64,000 nucleotides of DNA from contig OZ316893.1 of NCBI GenBank assembly GCA_973895155.1, positions 16,956,645 to 17,020,644 on the forward strand, in the 5' to 3' direction. A program made the position numbers and the translations under genes. This stretch comes from Marsupella aquatica (lineage: Eukaryota; Plantae; Marchantiophyta). Shown piece after piece: positions 1 to 11,847 of the stretch (positions are counted from its first letter, which is position 1; every line of letters begins with the position of its first letter). The notes under the pieces were generated by a model that did not search any database, was not told where the DNA came from, and worked only from the letters and a program-made list of their open reading frames with translations.

Positions 1-194
1 GGAATATTTCTCTCCCCAGGACTAATCGCCTCGTCGTAAGGAAGAGAATTACAGTTCCAAAAAGTTGATGTCTCGGTATTAGTGTCGACACAAACTGATT
101 CGAAGGAGCTGAAGTGGCTCTCCACCGGTCGAACTTGGGAAGGACTGAAGAAGGCAAGCATCTCGTCCAACAACATTGGTTCCTTCCTCTCCAT
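1..194 (-). CDS. 5' part of an unknown ORF running off the window (MERKEPMLLDEMLAFFSPSQVRPVESHFSSF...)
   Basis: ATG at 194-192 with no stop to position 1 (manual translation). No recognisable domain. Confidence 0.3.
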   Translation of the reverse strand, partial: MERKEPMLLDEMLAFFSPSQVRPVESHFSSFESVCVDTNTETSTFWNCNSLPYDEAISPGERNI

Positions 195-196
195 GT

Positions 197-377
197 GGTC
201 GCACCCAGCTCGACAACGTCCACACGTAGCTCGACAACGTCCGCACCTTGCCTTAAGGTCCGCACCCAACTCGACAACGTTTGCACCTTGCCTTAAAGTG
301 CGCAACCAGATCAACAATGTCCGTACCTTTATCGACAACGTCCGCACCTTTATCGACAAGGTCAGCACCTTTATTGA
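197..377. repeat. Degenerate 19-21 bp tandem repeat (consensus ~TCGACAACGTCCGCACCTTTA), about 8 units
   Basis: Units such as ctcgacaacgtccgcaccttg, atcgacaacgtccgcaccttt and atcgacaaggtcagcaccttt. Confidence 0.85.
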
Positions 378-2005
378 CCTAGTGACTCCAAAAGGTTGAT
401 ATAGTGACTACCAAAGGACGGTGATCGGTGGACACCCATAACATGCAAGCTTCAACGGGCAGAGGACCGTTGAGTAAATAGTCCAATCGCGACACGATTA
501 TTTTGAAATAGACCCGACTTAATTACGTAACGACAATATACGAATGGCGACAGGATGGCAACAGAACGCATGAACGATATTATGATGTAAATGTTCAAGG
601 AAAAACGTGCACATTTGGGGAGCGCCCGACGCTACTAAAGGAAGAGACCAATTTAAAACCTTTTATACAAGAAATACATGTATCTCGATAACAGTGCCAG
701 GCGCTACTGAAGACAACAAGTGGTTTTTAGAATTTTATTATGAGCATATGAAATGAAATATATGTCCTTTCATAACAGCGCCCGGCGCTAGTAAAAGCTG
801 GAAAAGAAATATACATAAATTATCGGTTTCTGATTGAGATTCCGATTCAGAGCTCTGTGATCTGTCGGTAGAGACTGCTTTGTCATCGACATACTTGCTC
901 TTAGAAACGTCATCTACATACGGGTTTCTAACAAACTTTCTGTCAACTCCTCTTCGAAGGCGGATACCTTTGTTTTCCCAGCACAGAGTCCTTTGACTAT
1001 CCTCCTTTCTTGCAGCGTTCTCAGTGTAAGACGACAAAACAAATGGTTTCTCCGGTGTATCCATTTCAAAACGTGCAACTTTTCTTCTGAGTTGGAAGCG
1101 CTTTCTAGTATTCCATTCAGACCTGGGTAGATAACCAAGTAAGACAACCAATTGAAAGATACAATCAATAGCACAAAATGCATGAAGGAGCTGGAAAAGA
1201 GAAAGAAGCTTACAAGTTTCAGAACATTACTCGGAAGAGTCATCGCTATCACTCTCGCCAGCAGATTGCTCCTTACCCCCCTGAGTTGTCTCCCCGTCCA
1301 CTTCATTTGCTGTCCCCCCACTTGACTCATCATCGGAGTCAAAATTAAGTACAGATCGGAGCTTGTCCCTCTTTTTCTTTTCCGGTGGTTGAATTGGGGG
1401 AGGCAAGGTTTCTACTTCCTTAGAAGAGAGTAGATTTAAGAACACCTTGGAACCAGTTTCAACGAAATCCTTCCGATTCTCCAGTCCAATTACAAACCTC
1501 CCAGAATAGTCTCCAGCTACAAAAGAGCTACCCGAACCAACTGTCCAATCTATGAAAATATCTCGAGGCCGAGTGATGAGCTCTATCACAGACTGCATGA
1601 ATCCAACCGACAAACGGGCATTCCCTACGAATTCCATCTCAGGTGTTGGATCTATATTGAGAGTGGGAAGCCCAATTAAATTAGTGATGGAGGGATCTTT
1701 TGTAACAGACAGAGGTCTAAACCTTGAGTCCTTGGGTACTTTCCCTTTCTGAGATACTCGGCAAAAGACGTCTAGCCTGAGCGTGAATATCTGTGAGATA
1801 AACCAAGAATGATATGTCATTCCATGCATTCATACACATTTTTGAGTGTAAAAAACAGAGATCACAACTTGGAATTTACTTGTCGGTCAGTCTTCGGCGC
1901 GTACATAGGAACTGACATAACAACATTGTGTGTGGAGATGCAATGAAACTTCTTTGATTCCTGACATGCGGATATAACCTGAGACATAGGATCGTACTCC
2001 CCATT

Positions 2006-2560
2006 CACTAGTACATTTTTGGTCTCTTTCCGATACTCAAATCGCGGCTTCTTTTAGCCGTCCAAAACCGAACGCATCGGACAACTTCCGATATTAAAAC
2101 CATCGTAATTTCCTATTCATGATACATCGGAACTAAACGTACCGATGGAAAATGCTTCGCAAAAACTATCCCATACCAGAACTATCGAACAATGTCCGAA
2201 ATTAATAACATCGCAAAAAGACGACAAAAGTAAGGCTTTAGCTTCCGATGCAGTTACACTCGGACCTGAGGCTCGTTGGAAAAACAAACGGACATTGTCC
2301 GATATTTAAACCAACGGACATAATATTGGGAAAGACATTGCTTTGGAACCTACGTGCGATAGTTACAGTATCGGAAGTTGTCCGAAGGTAAGCATATTGG
2401 ACCCCTCCTTCATCATTTTTGCCGAGGGGTCCGATGGTTTCTGGAATGGAAAAATGTGTCCGATAGGTTTTGAATCGCATGTGTCCCGTCACTTTCAATA
2501 TCGGAAAGAGGTTTAGTTCATCGGCCGAGTACCGATGCCTATGCGATGTAGATTCCATGG
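2006..2560. repeat. CACTA left TIR and subterminal TCCGA/TCGGA repeat field
   Basis: Many TCCGA(T)/(A)TCGGA copies in both orientations. Confidence 0.85.
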
Positions 2561-2736
2561 GATTGACAATGGGACATTGTATTGTGGTCATGGTTTGATC
2601 CTGGATACTTGTAGCAATATAGTTTATGCAATGGTAGAGTGTGAGAACACATGAAATGCCGATAAATATGTAATGCCAATAAAATAGCCACAAATAAGAT
2701 GGTAGGGGTTAGCTACGCCTTTGATGTACTAGATAT

Positions 2737-5700
2737 CTAACTAGTGGAGGGAATGTCAGTATCTTCCACTATAACTACGTTAGGTCTATCCTGGACGATG
2801 GATCGTGATCGTGGAATGTATGGCATGACAATGGACCAATCTGAGTCATCTGGATAGGGTAGGTAAAAACATTGTTCAAGGTGATGGGGGAACGCAAAGG
2901 GATCTAAGGACCTCCAGTTTGAGCTGATGACACTATTTGCGGTTGTCTTCAACCGGGTAAAACCGCATGCATCATCTTCACATGTCCGGTTGTGGCCCAC
3001 AAGATTCATCTTGAACCATTTGCACTTTAATACCACTTCCTCCAAAGTAGTATGTGCATGGTACTTTATGGTAAGGATTTCCTCAATCTTTCCATAATGG
3101 GCGACGGTGGACCGAATGGGATTCCTGTTTGATGTGCTACTCTGTGAATCCTGGGTGAACCAACCCATCACCCCACAATCTTGTGTAGCTGCCCTCTTCT
3201 CATCAAGTCGTTCAACACGAAAATGTCTCCCCTTGGACCACATGGCTGTCCGAGTCGTGACTATAAGTAGTGGACCATGAATCAAGGTATGAAGCTTATC
3301 AGTCACCTTTGGGAAGTGTGATATGCTCTCCCCAATACCCACCAAGGCATCCACTTCTAGCATCTTTGACTTCATGTATGGGTGAAACTTGGGAAATAAT
3401 CGTGGTCGCCGACTATTTTTCTTCTCCTCCTCATAAAATGTTGTCCACTCCCCTACAACCTCTGGTGAATTATACAACATAAATGTTGTGAGCTGCAAAC
3501 GCTCCGCTGAGCTCAAGAGACGCTCTCCTGATGCCCCAGTGAGTCTATCATCCTCATAGTCCGCCTCTCGCGCTGCCTCATGTATCCATCCCCTAGGAGC
3601 GTTAGGATCTAGTGTGGCAACTATGTTTGTACAATAAAACATACTCTCTGCTCCAAGATGACGCTCTGCAATGCTACCTTCCACCCTAGCGCGATTAGAG
3701 ACGTACGACTTCATCACCCCCATATAACGCTCAACCCAATACATCCATCGACAATGCACTGGGCCTGCAATTGCAACCTCATGCACTAAATGTATGAGAA
3801 AATGAACCTGGCCATCAAAGAAAGAGGGAGGGAGTGCCTTCTCCAACTTACAAATAACCTCTACTCCAAATATCTCCATTGCAGCAGTTTCATCCTCCTG
3901 TACCTCCTTCTGACATACCCATCTCAAAAGCTTTCCCAATGACCAAAGGGCATCACGAAGTTCCTCACTACCCAATCCAATAATCGCAACTGGAATGACA
4001 TGTTCTAGTAACCGATGATAATCATGTGTTTTCAAGTAAGATGGCCATTTTGGAGAATCATCCCCCCCAAATGCTTTTCGGAGATTTGCGCCATAACCTG
4101 TGGGAAACCTCATTGACCCAGTATGTCTGCGAAACTCAGTGCGCTCTGCCCTAGTCAAAACCCAAGGTGGATGGATGCTAGGGGGGTCTCCAGGGGGGTC
4201 CAAAGATGGCCAAAAACCAAGAAGACCATGCATCCCCATCTCCTCACAACTTTCTCTCCAATTGTGGTTCTTCTCCCCATATAGATGACGAATCAATGAC
4301 CTCCCCACATTCCCCTCAATGTGCATCGGATCTAACAAGTGATTAATGGGCATCTCTGACCAATATGGCAACTGTGATAATGCAGACAAACGGGTCATCC
4401 CACATCTGAGAAATTGTAATGGATCATCTGGGTCTTGAACTCTTTGCCATACCTCTCTCCAATATGCTGGATCCTTTCGCTGAGGTTGAGGACGGGTATC
4501 AGGTTGGCCCTCATCAGTGTCATACAGGAAGTGGTCACTCCTCCAAGGATGGTCTGCTGGAAGATATTTAGTATGACCAATGTAAACTATCTTCCGCAAA
4601 GTAGTTGACTTGCGTCTTGCCACTCCCTCCAAATCTGGTCCACATGAAGGGCAAGCTCGATAGCCTGATGTTTGCAATCCAGAGATATATCCAAACCCTA
4701 TGATTGGTCAAGGGACAGCCAGCCAATGAAAGAAGGTTAGAGAAAAGAATACAATTTTTAATTAAGTGCAAGATTGATGAAATAGGGTTAAATTATTTGC
4801 AAGGTTTACTGTGATTACCTGGTAAATCATGCATGGTCCACATAAGAATGGCCTTGAGGGTGAATGCGCGAGATAAACCTCCAGTGTTGCGACGTCCGTC
4901 ATAACAATCCACTCCCCTCCAAAGTTGCAAAAGCTCATCAATCAAAGGTTGCAAGTAGATGTCAATCTTTTTTACTTGCTTAGGACCCGGGATGATCATT
5001 GAGAGTAGTAGATGACCTTTCTTCATGGCCATCCATGGAGGGATATTGTAGTTTGTTAGAACTACTGGCCATACTGAATATGGTTTTGCTTTACCTGCCA
5101 ATGCAAAAGGGCTAATACCATCTGCTGCCAATCCAAGTCTCACATGTTGTGGGTCAGTTTTGAACTCACCCCATCTATCCTCTACAAATTGATTGGCAGG
5201 AGAGTCAACCATCATTCGCATGGCACTGGAGTCTGTACCCTTATCAGAACGATGTTGTGAGTGCCATACCATATACTTAGCCAACTCTGCACAACGGTAT
5301 TGATTTCGCAATCGAGGGATGAGAGGAAAATACCGCATAACTTTTTGAGGCACCTTCCCTGTCAACATGTCATCACGGTACCGCGGCTTCTCACACTCAG
5401 GACATATGATTGCATTTTCATGCTCACCCCTAAAAAGAATGCAGTCATTTACACATGCATGTATCACTTCATACTTTAGACCAATGGACTTCAACACCTG
5501 TTTAGCCTCCTTCCAAGACCTTGGCATGTTGTTGCCTGGTGGTAAAATGCGATCATGTAGGGTACGAAAAACATCATCCAAAAGTAGGTTGCTGGCCCCA
5601 TGTCTTTGTTGCACATTCAACAATAACATTATTGCTGAGAGCCGAGATAACCTACTCCCCTCAAATATGCGAGTACGAGCATGACGTTGAGCCTTTTCCC

Positions 5701-7378
5701 ATTCCTTCTGTTGGCCCCCCCTAAAAGGATGAGTGGTGTTGTCATCGGTGAAACCCATCTCCTCCATACCAATATCAGCATCATCTTCATAAAATTGGTT
5801 CATGAGCTCATCCATGGCCTCCTCATCTTCAAGCCGATCTTGGGTAGAGTCATCATCCTCATGTTGTACCTCATTCTCCTCCCCATCATTCGCCACCATG
5901 GCCTCAACAAGGTGTTGCCGCATAGCTCGTGATATTACCCCAATATCAGGCACCACAAATTGATTCTATCATACAACATCAATGCATGCAATCTCATCAA
6001 CATCAATATTGTGAACAACCAATTATCCAATGTTAAAAATGGAAAAGAATCCGATATATATATGTATATATGTAAGTCCAAGAAACTATCTTGGACGGGA
6101 ACGTAGGGACAATTTTGGTGCATCCCACTAATAATCACACAATAACTCCTCACCAGCTCTAATGGTCCTAACAGCGACCGTCATGATGTGATCATCCATA
6201 TGTTTCACAAAATATGGAGCTCTAGGTGGACCAAACATCTGGATCCACTCTACATTAGCCTCCAAATCTCTACCTCTACCCGTGGTACTATTGATGTACC
6301 CTGCTAAATTACAATTCCGAACAGGGTCACCATCAATCATCCTACAATGCCACGGCCTAGTGAAGACCTCGTCTGGGTCTGAGTCCATCCTTAATGCGTA
6401 CACCCCCCAACTTGGGTGTTGACGCAACAAAATGTTCCAACTCTTAGCGTTGTATACAGCTCCAATTTAAGGGATAAGGTGCTCTCCATCATAGCCACGT
6501 CTCCATGGCTTTGGAGGGACAATAATGTCCTCCAAAGCATATAGACCATATCCTATATCAGCACCAATGGAGGAATCTTTCACTATCCAAGAGTGACCCC
6601 ATATCTCAACCGGTTCATTAATAGGAATGTAGTCTGGAAATTTGAAGAGACTAGGATCAAAGTCTTTCAAAATGTCAGCTGCCCTACCAGTGAGATAAGA
6701 TGCTCCAAACCGTCCATCAACCCCAATATAATCTACGTTGTTGGATGGTCGGGCACTGCCAAACACCTCCTCCCTGTTGTCTACCTGTTCCAGTGGCTCA
6801 TATTGCCGTCTACGTCTACGAGACCGTGGTCGTGTACGTAGGACTCTTGTACACCCAACCTCCGGTCGAGAGACCGGTTCACCCTCTACATGCTCGACTA
6901 TGGGGATAGGAGCAGGGGGGCTAAGAGGTGGATGGGCAAGGGGGGATGCAAGCAAGTCCCTTGCCCTTGCTAGAAACCCTTCTAGCCACACAACATCATC
7001 AACCAAAGGAGGTGGGGGTCTACGAGGCACCTATTTCAACACACAATAAATTAAGTAGTGTTATTTGAATGCAAGCTAATTATATACAATATTTCACCAA
7101 TTGCCGTTTCATGAAATGAAAGGGGGGATGTATGTATAATTATTTACCTGGCTAGGCAAATAACCTGGCATATCACCCTCATGGCGACCATAGTTCTCAA
7201 TGTGCTCACAAGTCTCCCAGGCATGTCGAACCACAAGTCCCTTGCATCTCACACACCAGCAAGGTATGGGCCCTAGTGGAGCACGAGGACGGTCAAGAGG
7301 AGGGGGTGGAGGAACCTCCCCCTCGGACAAGCTCGTGTCAGAGTCTGAATCCGATGTGGAACTATCGGATGTAGACAT
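2737..7378 (-). CDS. CACTA TnpD-type transposase (transposase-associated Zn motif, Transposase_21, DUF4218/DUF4216-like), spliced
   Basis: Exon 7378-7148 (CWCVRCKG..HIENYG). Exon 5965-4819 (IHACVNDCILF, LGLAADGISPF, YSVWPV, YNIPPW, IDIYLQPLIDEL). Intron 4818-4698 restores HDLPGFGYISG. Exon 4697-2737 (DPMHIEGNV, LKTHDYH, WMYWVERYM, EGSIAE). No stops in these exons. Confidence 0.9.
6086..7030 (-). pseudogene. SET-domain (lysine methyltransferase-like) exon inside the CACTA transposase unit, one internal stop
   Basis: IVKDSSIGADIGYGLYALEDI...LIP*IGAVY...NLAGYINS...MTVAVRTIRAGEELLCDY matches SET motifs GxG, (R/Y)xNH/S and GEELxxDY. ORFs 6467-7030 and 6128-6430 share a frame across a single TAA. 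Phase-0 acceptor at 7031-7032. Confidence 0.8.
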
Positions 7379-8553
7379 CTACATACATATCCAACATGTA
7401 AGTTAGATTAAACAACTTCTTGTGTCGATGTATATACAAACATAATTAAGGAGATTTACATAGAGAGACATTGCCCTACGTACCTCAATGATACCCGCGC
7501 TTTGCTGTGCCTATTGGGCTATATTCTCGACACACAAAGTGTGGGATATCCAAAGTCTCTGCAAGGTGGGCATTTCAATAGTGAGCTAAGTGAAAAAAGT
7601 GCACGACATGCACACCTCGGCAAACGATGTGTCAAACTTGCCAAAGTAAACCTCTATGTTACAACCTGAGGAGAATACATGGATGGGCCAAGAAACATCA
7701 TACCTCTTGGATGCGCGGTCTCACGCTATGCATAGTGCATTATCAAAAAAGACTACCAACCCCCCTCAAAAAAACTAATTAACCTACCCCTCCATGCCAA
7801 AATCAAGGTACTGCACATCATATCCAAACACAAACATTAGCCTAACAATGGCTTCATGTTATCATAAGAAAATGTACAACACTATCCTCATAAAAACCCT
7901 AAACCAATGTCTCAAGCAAGACTATATAAGAATTGCATCATTATAGCCTAACATATTAGGTATGCACAACCAGAGTAAAATTATCCCCCAAAAAATGAAA
8001 ATCAAGAACAAACCCAAAAATTGTATCCGTGAAGAAGGAACTAGTATGCACAAGAGTCACATGCACGTCACGGTCACCCTCCCAGTGAGGTATGTATCAC
8101 CCTACATCAAAAAACCTGTCAATTCAAATGGAAAGAAAATGTTAACACAACCATACCCAACCCAAATTCAAAAAACCCCAAAACTCTAGAATCCATACCC
8201 AATTCAACCCATTTAACTAAACACATCACACCCCCTTAATTTGGGAAAGAAAAGGTGCATCCGAAAGAATTCTACGAGGGGTCCGATACTATAAGAAACG
8301 AACAAACCTTGGCAAACAAAAGGCAACCCATTAACAACGAGGGGTCCGATGTCAAACATATCGGAAGGTCCGATACCAATACCGATGTTCTCGGCTTCGG
8401 AAAGTCCGAAGCAATTTGCATCGGACGCAACAGGCCAGATTTCAAAAAAGAAGTCCCGACGCTGGTGCGAAGACCCGCGAGTCGGGACAAGCTTTGCACT
8501 TGACACTTAGGCTATTGTCGAGGCTGGGAGGGGAGCTCAAAGGAGGAGGGGAG

Positions 8554-11066
8554 ATGGTGGGAGGCGAATCTGGTGGTGGGGATGGGGCTGGACCTTCTCG
8601 GGCATACGATGAGGTGATGAAGGAGATTTTTGTTGCTAGGGCCGGGTTGAGTGTGGAGGATGCAGCTAGAGTAGTCCCGCTTTTGCAGACCTTGTTTGAT
8701 GCCTCAAAGATTGAGGCTGAGAAAGCTGCTGTAGCAGCCATTGCAGCTGCAAAGAAGAAGAAGAAGGAGGCAAAGAGAAGCAGGGCAGATGCAGAGGAGT
8801 CTCTCTCTCCTCGAAAACGAGAGAAGAAGCTTCAGAGGGAGGCTAGGGAAGCTGAGAAGGGGCGAGTAGAGGAGCTCAAGCGAAAGGAAGCAAAGAGAGC
8901 TTTGAGGCCTGAGCTACCCCTAAACTCAGGTGGCTCTCCATTACCCAAGGGCTACAATCTCTTTCGCAGCCAATTCAAACAAGTGGTGCGGGCCAATTTG
9001 GGGCCATTAGATTACTGGGGCAAGAAGAAGGAGGAAGAGAAATCCAGAATTCGAGAGCAAGTGAAAGAACGATTCAAGAACGGGGCACACATTGATGATA
9101 GGTTCTTGAACAAGAGGATATCCGCCTCACTCTCAGACATGTGAAACCATCAAAGAGAGAAATTCAGGAACTACCTTGCTGAGATGCCGATGGATGCAGA
9201 GGTGGTCAGGGAGCATGGCTGTCCAGATGCGCTTTCCTCAGATGAGTGGGCAGCTTGGCTTGAGGAGGAACTAGCAGTCCGAGCCTGGCTGCAAAAACGT
9301 CACTACAATCTCGAAATCAGCCTGGCAGAGGAGAAGAGGAAAGCTGGAGAGGAAATTGACATCCTCCCCCTCCAACAGATGCTACGACAGTGGCATGCAC
9401 AAGAGGTAAGACTCCCCAAGCCACCAAAGGACATCATAGCAGCTTTGCAGCGAGTGCAAGGTCGACCTGTGGTCACTCACCGGATGGGGCAAGGCGGCTC
9501 CAATCGACTGAAGGCCGAATTTGTAAGTCCCCTCTCCCTCCTCCCTAGCTCCTCCCCCCGACCACCTGACCTTCTGTTGTGAAGAGTGACCATTTTTTAG
9601 CCTCCAAATGCTTTAAACCCTTTGCGGCCCGATGGTGTAATTTGCTCTCGGCCCTGTGCTTTCCGATAGGTGTCCGATTCTTTCTGCATCGGACCCGGCA
9701 TCGGACCTCTTGTTATTCATTTTTTGGCACTAACGTTCCAAGGCAGTTCCGATGCTAAGACAATCGGATGGAGAATCGGACCCCTCGTGGAAAGTTTAAT
9801 TATCAGGTTTTGTGGCATTTTTAGGGGGCTTATAGCAATAACTGTTTAACTTTGGTATTAGGTTTTAGGGGTTTCATGATTGAGTAGCACTTTGTGGAGT
9901 TTTTTAAATTAGGGTTAAATTTGAGAACTAGTTTGATTAGGGGTTTATATATAGGGTATAGGATATGTATGGGTATGTGGCAGGGGTCCTATTTTAAATT
10001 AGGGTTTACTATGATAACAGTTTTAATGAGGGGTATGTAGGGTGTGCATTATGGGATCCAAGATTGCTTGGTTTCATGCTAATGGGATATTTTGTTTGGG
10101 ACTGTGAACTGCCAGGAAAAGGAGTGGGGTAGACCTATTGGGCCATCCGAGAGGGATTTGGCAAAGAGGAATGGACCCCGCGCTCTTAAGCGCCACCTTG
10201 AGGATGAGTTGGGAGAGGTTTGTGTTCCCCCTAGGTTAGGAAAATGTTTTTGGTTATGGTGAATTTGTTAGAGTTTTGGAGGCCCTATATAAACTAATTT
10301 AACAACAATTTAATCCTAGCTATGTATTGCGTAGGAGGAGGAGTCAGGATCGGATGAGGAGTCAGGTGGGGCAGGTGATGAGGATGCAGGTGATGAGGAC
10401 GGTGGTGATGAGGATGCTGGTGATGAGGATGCTGGTGATGAGAATGCAGGTGATGAGGATGCAGAGGATGCGGCAGGGTCGGCGAGAGTGGCCACGATTA
10501 CCCCTATCCCTCATGTTGCCCCCACATCAGCAGAGGGTGCTGGTTCACATGATGCTGATGGTGTGGGCTCCCATCATTCAGCAGCATCACGGGGTGGTAG
10601 GCCCGGGCCGTCAGGGGGTAGTAGAGGTCGTGTGGGACCAGGCCATAGGTCCGGGGTACATAGTGCACCAGCTGGCCCTCCACGACGAGGGACTAGTGAC
10701 ATACAGGATGGTGGTTCTAGGGGGCGAGCGCCATCTCGTGAGTCTGGTGGGAGTACAGCACGGCACGGGCCAGAGACAACACATGCAGGTGGAGCATCCC
10801 ATCACTCGCGTAGGTCTACCGGAGAGGGCTCCTTCCACTCTGCTGTGTCGGGGGGTGGTGGGACATCTGTCTTGCCTGAGCACCGTAGTGGTGCATCTAG
10901 TGGTTCAGGGTCTAGACCTGCATCAGGCCAACCCACGCCATCCGCTGAGCAGGTGGCTACCACGGTTGTGGGTAGCCACCAACATGAGGGGTCTCGCGCT
11001 CCCGAACCTGTACCCCGCCCACGCTCTCGCCCAAAGAAGAAGAAGGGACGCAACACACCTTTTTAG
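8554..11066 (+). pseudogene. CACTA second gene (TnpA/ORF2-like), spliced, divergent from the transposase
   Basis: ATG at 8554. TGA 9142-9144 reads through in frame to ORF 9184. Donor GTAAGT ~9523, small exon ~10116-10217, final exon from ~10336 in the frame of ORF 10488-11066. Ends in a basic PKKKKGR motif. Confidence 0.65.
10372..10470 (+). repeat. 15-bp coding tandem repeat GGTGATGAGGATGCW (GDEDA)n
   Basis: About six consecutive units. Confidence 0.85.
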
Positions 11067-11389
11067 AGGTTTGTGGTACATAGTGTCTGATAGCTTTGAT
11101 TAGAGGTACCACATAGTGTAGGCCAGTTAGAGCCTCATTTTGGTGTTTCATGTAGCCGTCACCGGCCATATGGCTCTACTGCCTACCTAGGCCCATTTCA
11201 TTTTGTACATATTGGGGTGTTCCCCATTGTGAAAACCTGATATTTAATTCAACCACTACCTTGCTTTGAGCATGCTCTTTGGACCCTATTTTGTCAATCT
11301 CAGCCTGAACCCTAAACCTAAACCCCCAAATGATTCCCATGAATCCAATATTAAACCCCCACAAACCCTAAATATCCATTATTAGTCAA

Positions 11390-11847
11390 GCCGGTGACCC
11401 AGCTCATATCCGATACAATACGCTACGGAACTTCCGAAGTAAACTATTTCGGACCCCTCCTCCCAAATGTCCGATATTTTCAGCATCGCAATTTGCGTTA
11501 CACACCACTACGGATGTCCCGATACATATTGCTATGCAAACTCCGATATGTTTTACATCGGACTATCCCATATAAAATACATCGGACCCTTGATATTACC
11601 TTTTGGTGGGCCTATAGTATCCGATGAAATTAGAATCGGACACAAATTATCCGAAACATTCAGTAACGGATGTACCGATTGTATCAGAAACGGAAATTCC
11701 GATGGATGTCCGATTGTTGATATCCGATGGGTGAAGTATGGGAAAGTGCGAAGTAAATCACATCGAACGGGTCATTTTTCTGCGTCAAAATTTCTGAAGG
11801 GGTCCGATGTTGTTAGGATCGGAAAAAGGGCCGAAAATGTACTAGTG
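11390..11847. repeat. CACTA right subterminal repeat field and TIR
   Basis: Dense TCCGAT/ATCGGA copies ending in ...GTACTAGTG. Confidence 0.85.

Larger units (their letters stand above)
2006..11847 (-). mobile_element. Full-length CACTA (En/Spm) transposon, 9842 bp
   Basis: TIRs CACTAGTACATTTTTGG (from 2006) and CCGAAAATGTACTAGTG (to 11847). 3-bp TSD ATT at 2003-2005 and 11848-11850. TCCGA/TCGGA subterminal repeats. Tnp2-type transposase. Confidence 0.97.

Noticed and set aside
197-377. CRISPR-like array
   Set aside because: Units are contiguous and degenerate, with no unique spacers and no cas genes. It is a minisatellite.
2238-2693. 151-aa ORF, and similar ORFs at 11394-11865 and 8213-8506
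   Set aside because: They overlap CACTA TCCGA repeat fields, have no domain, and are probably chance frames.
10327-11103. 258-aa ORF with MRMLV/MRMQV repeats
   Set aside because: It is the alternative frame of the GDEDA-repeat exon of CACTA gene 2.
9850-11375. Scattered TTAGGG/CCCTAAA motifs inside the CACTA
   Set aside because: They are isolated, degenerate copies in AT-rich intron or UTR sequence, not a telomeric array.
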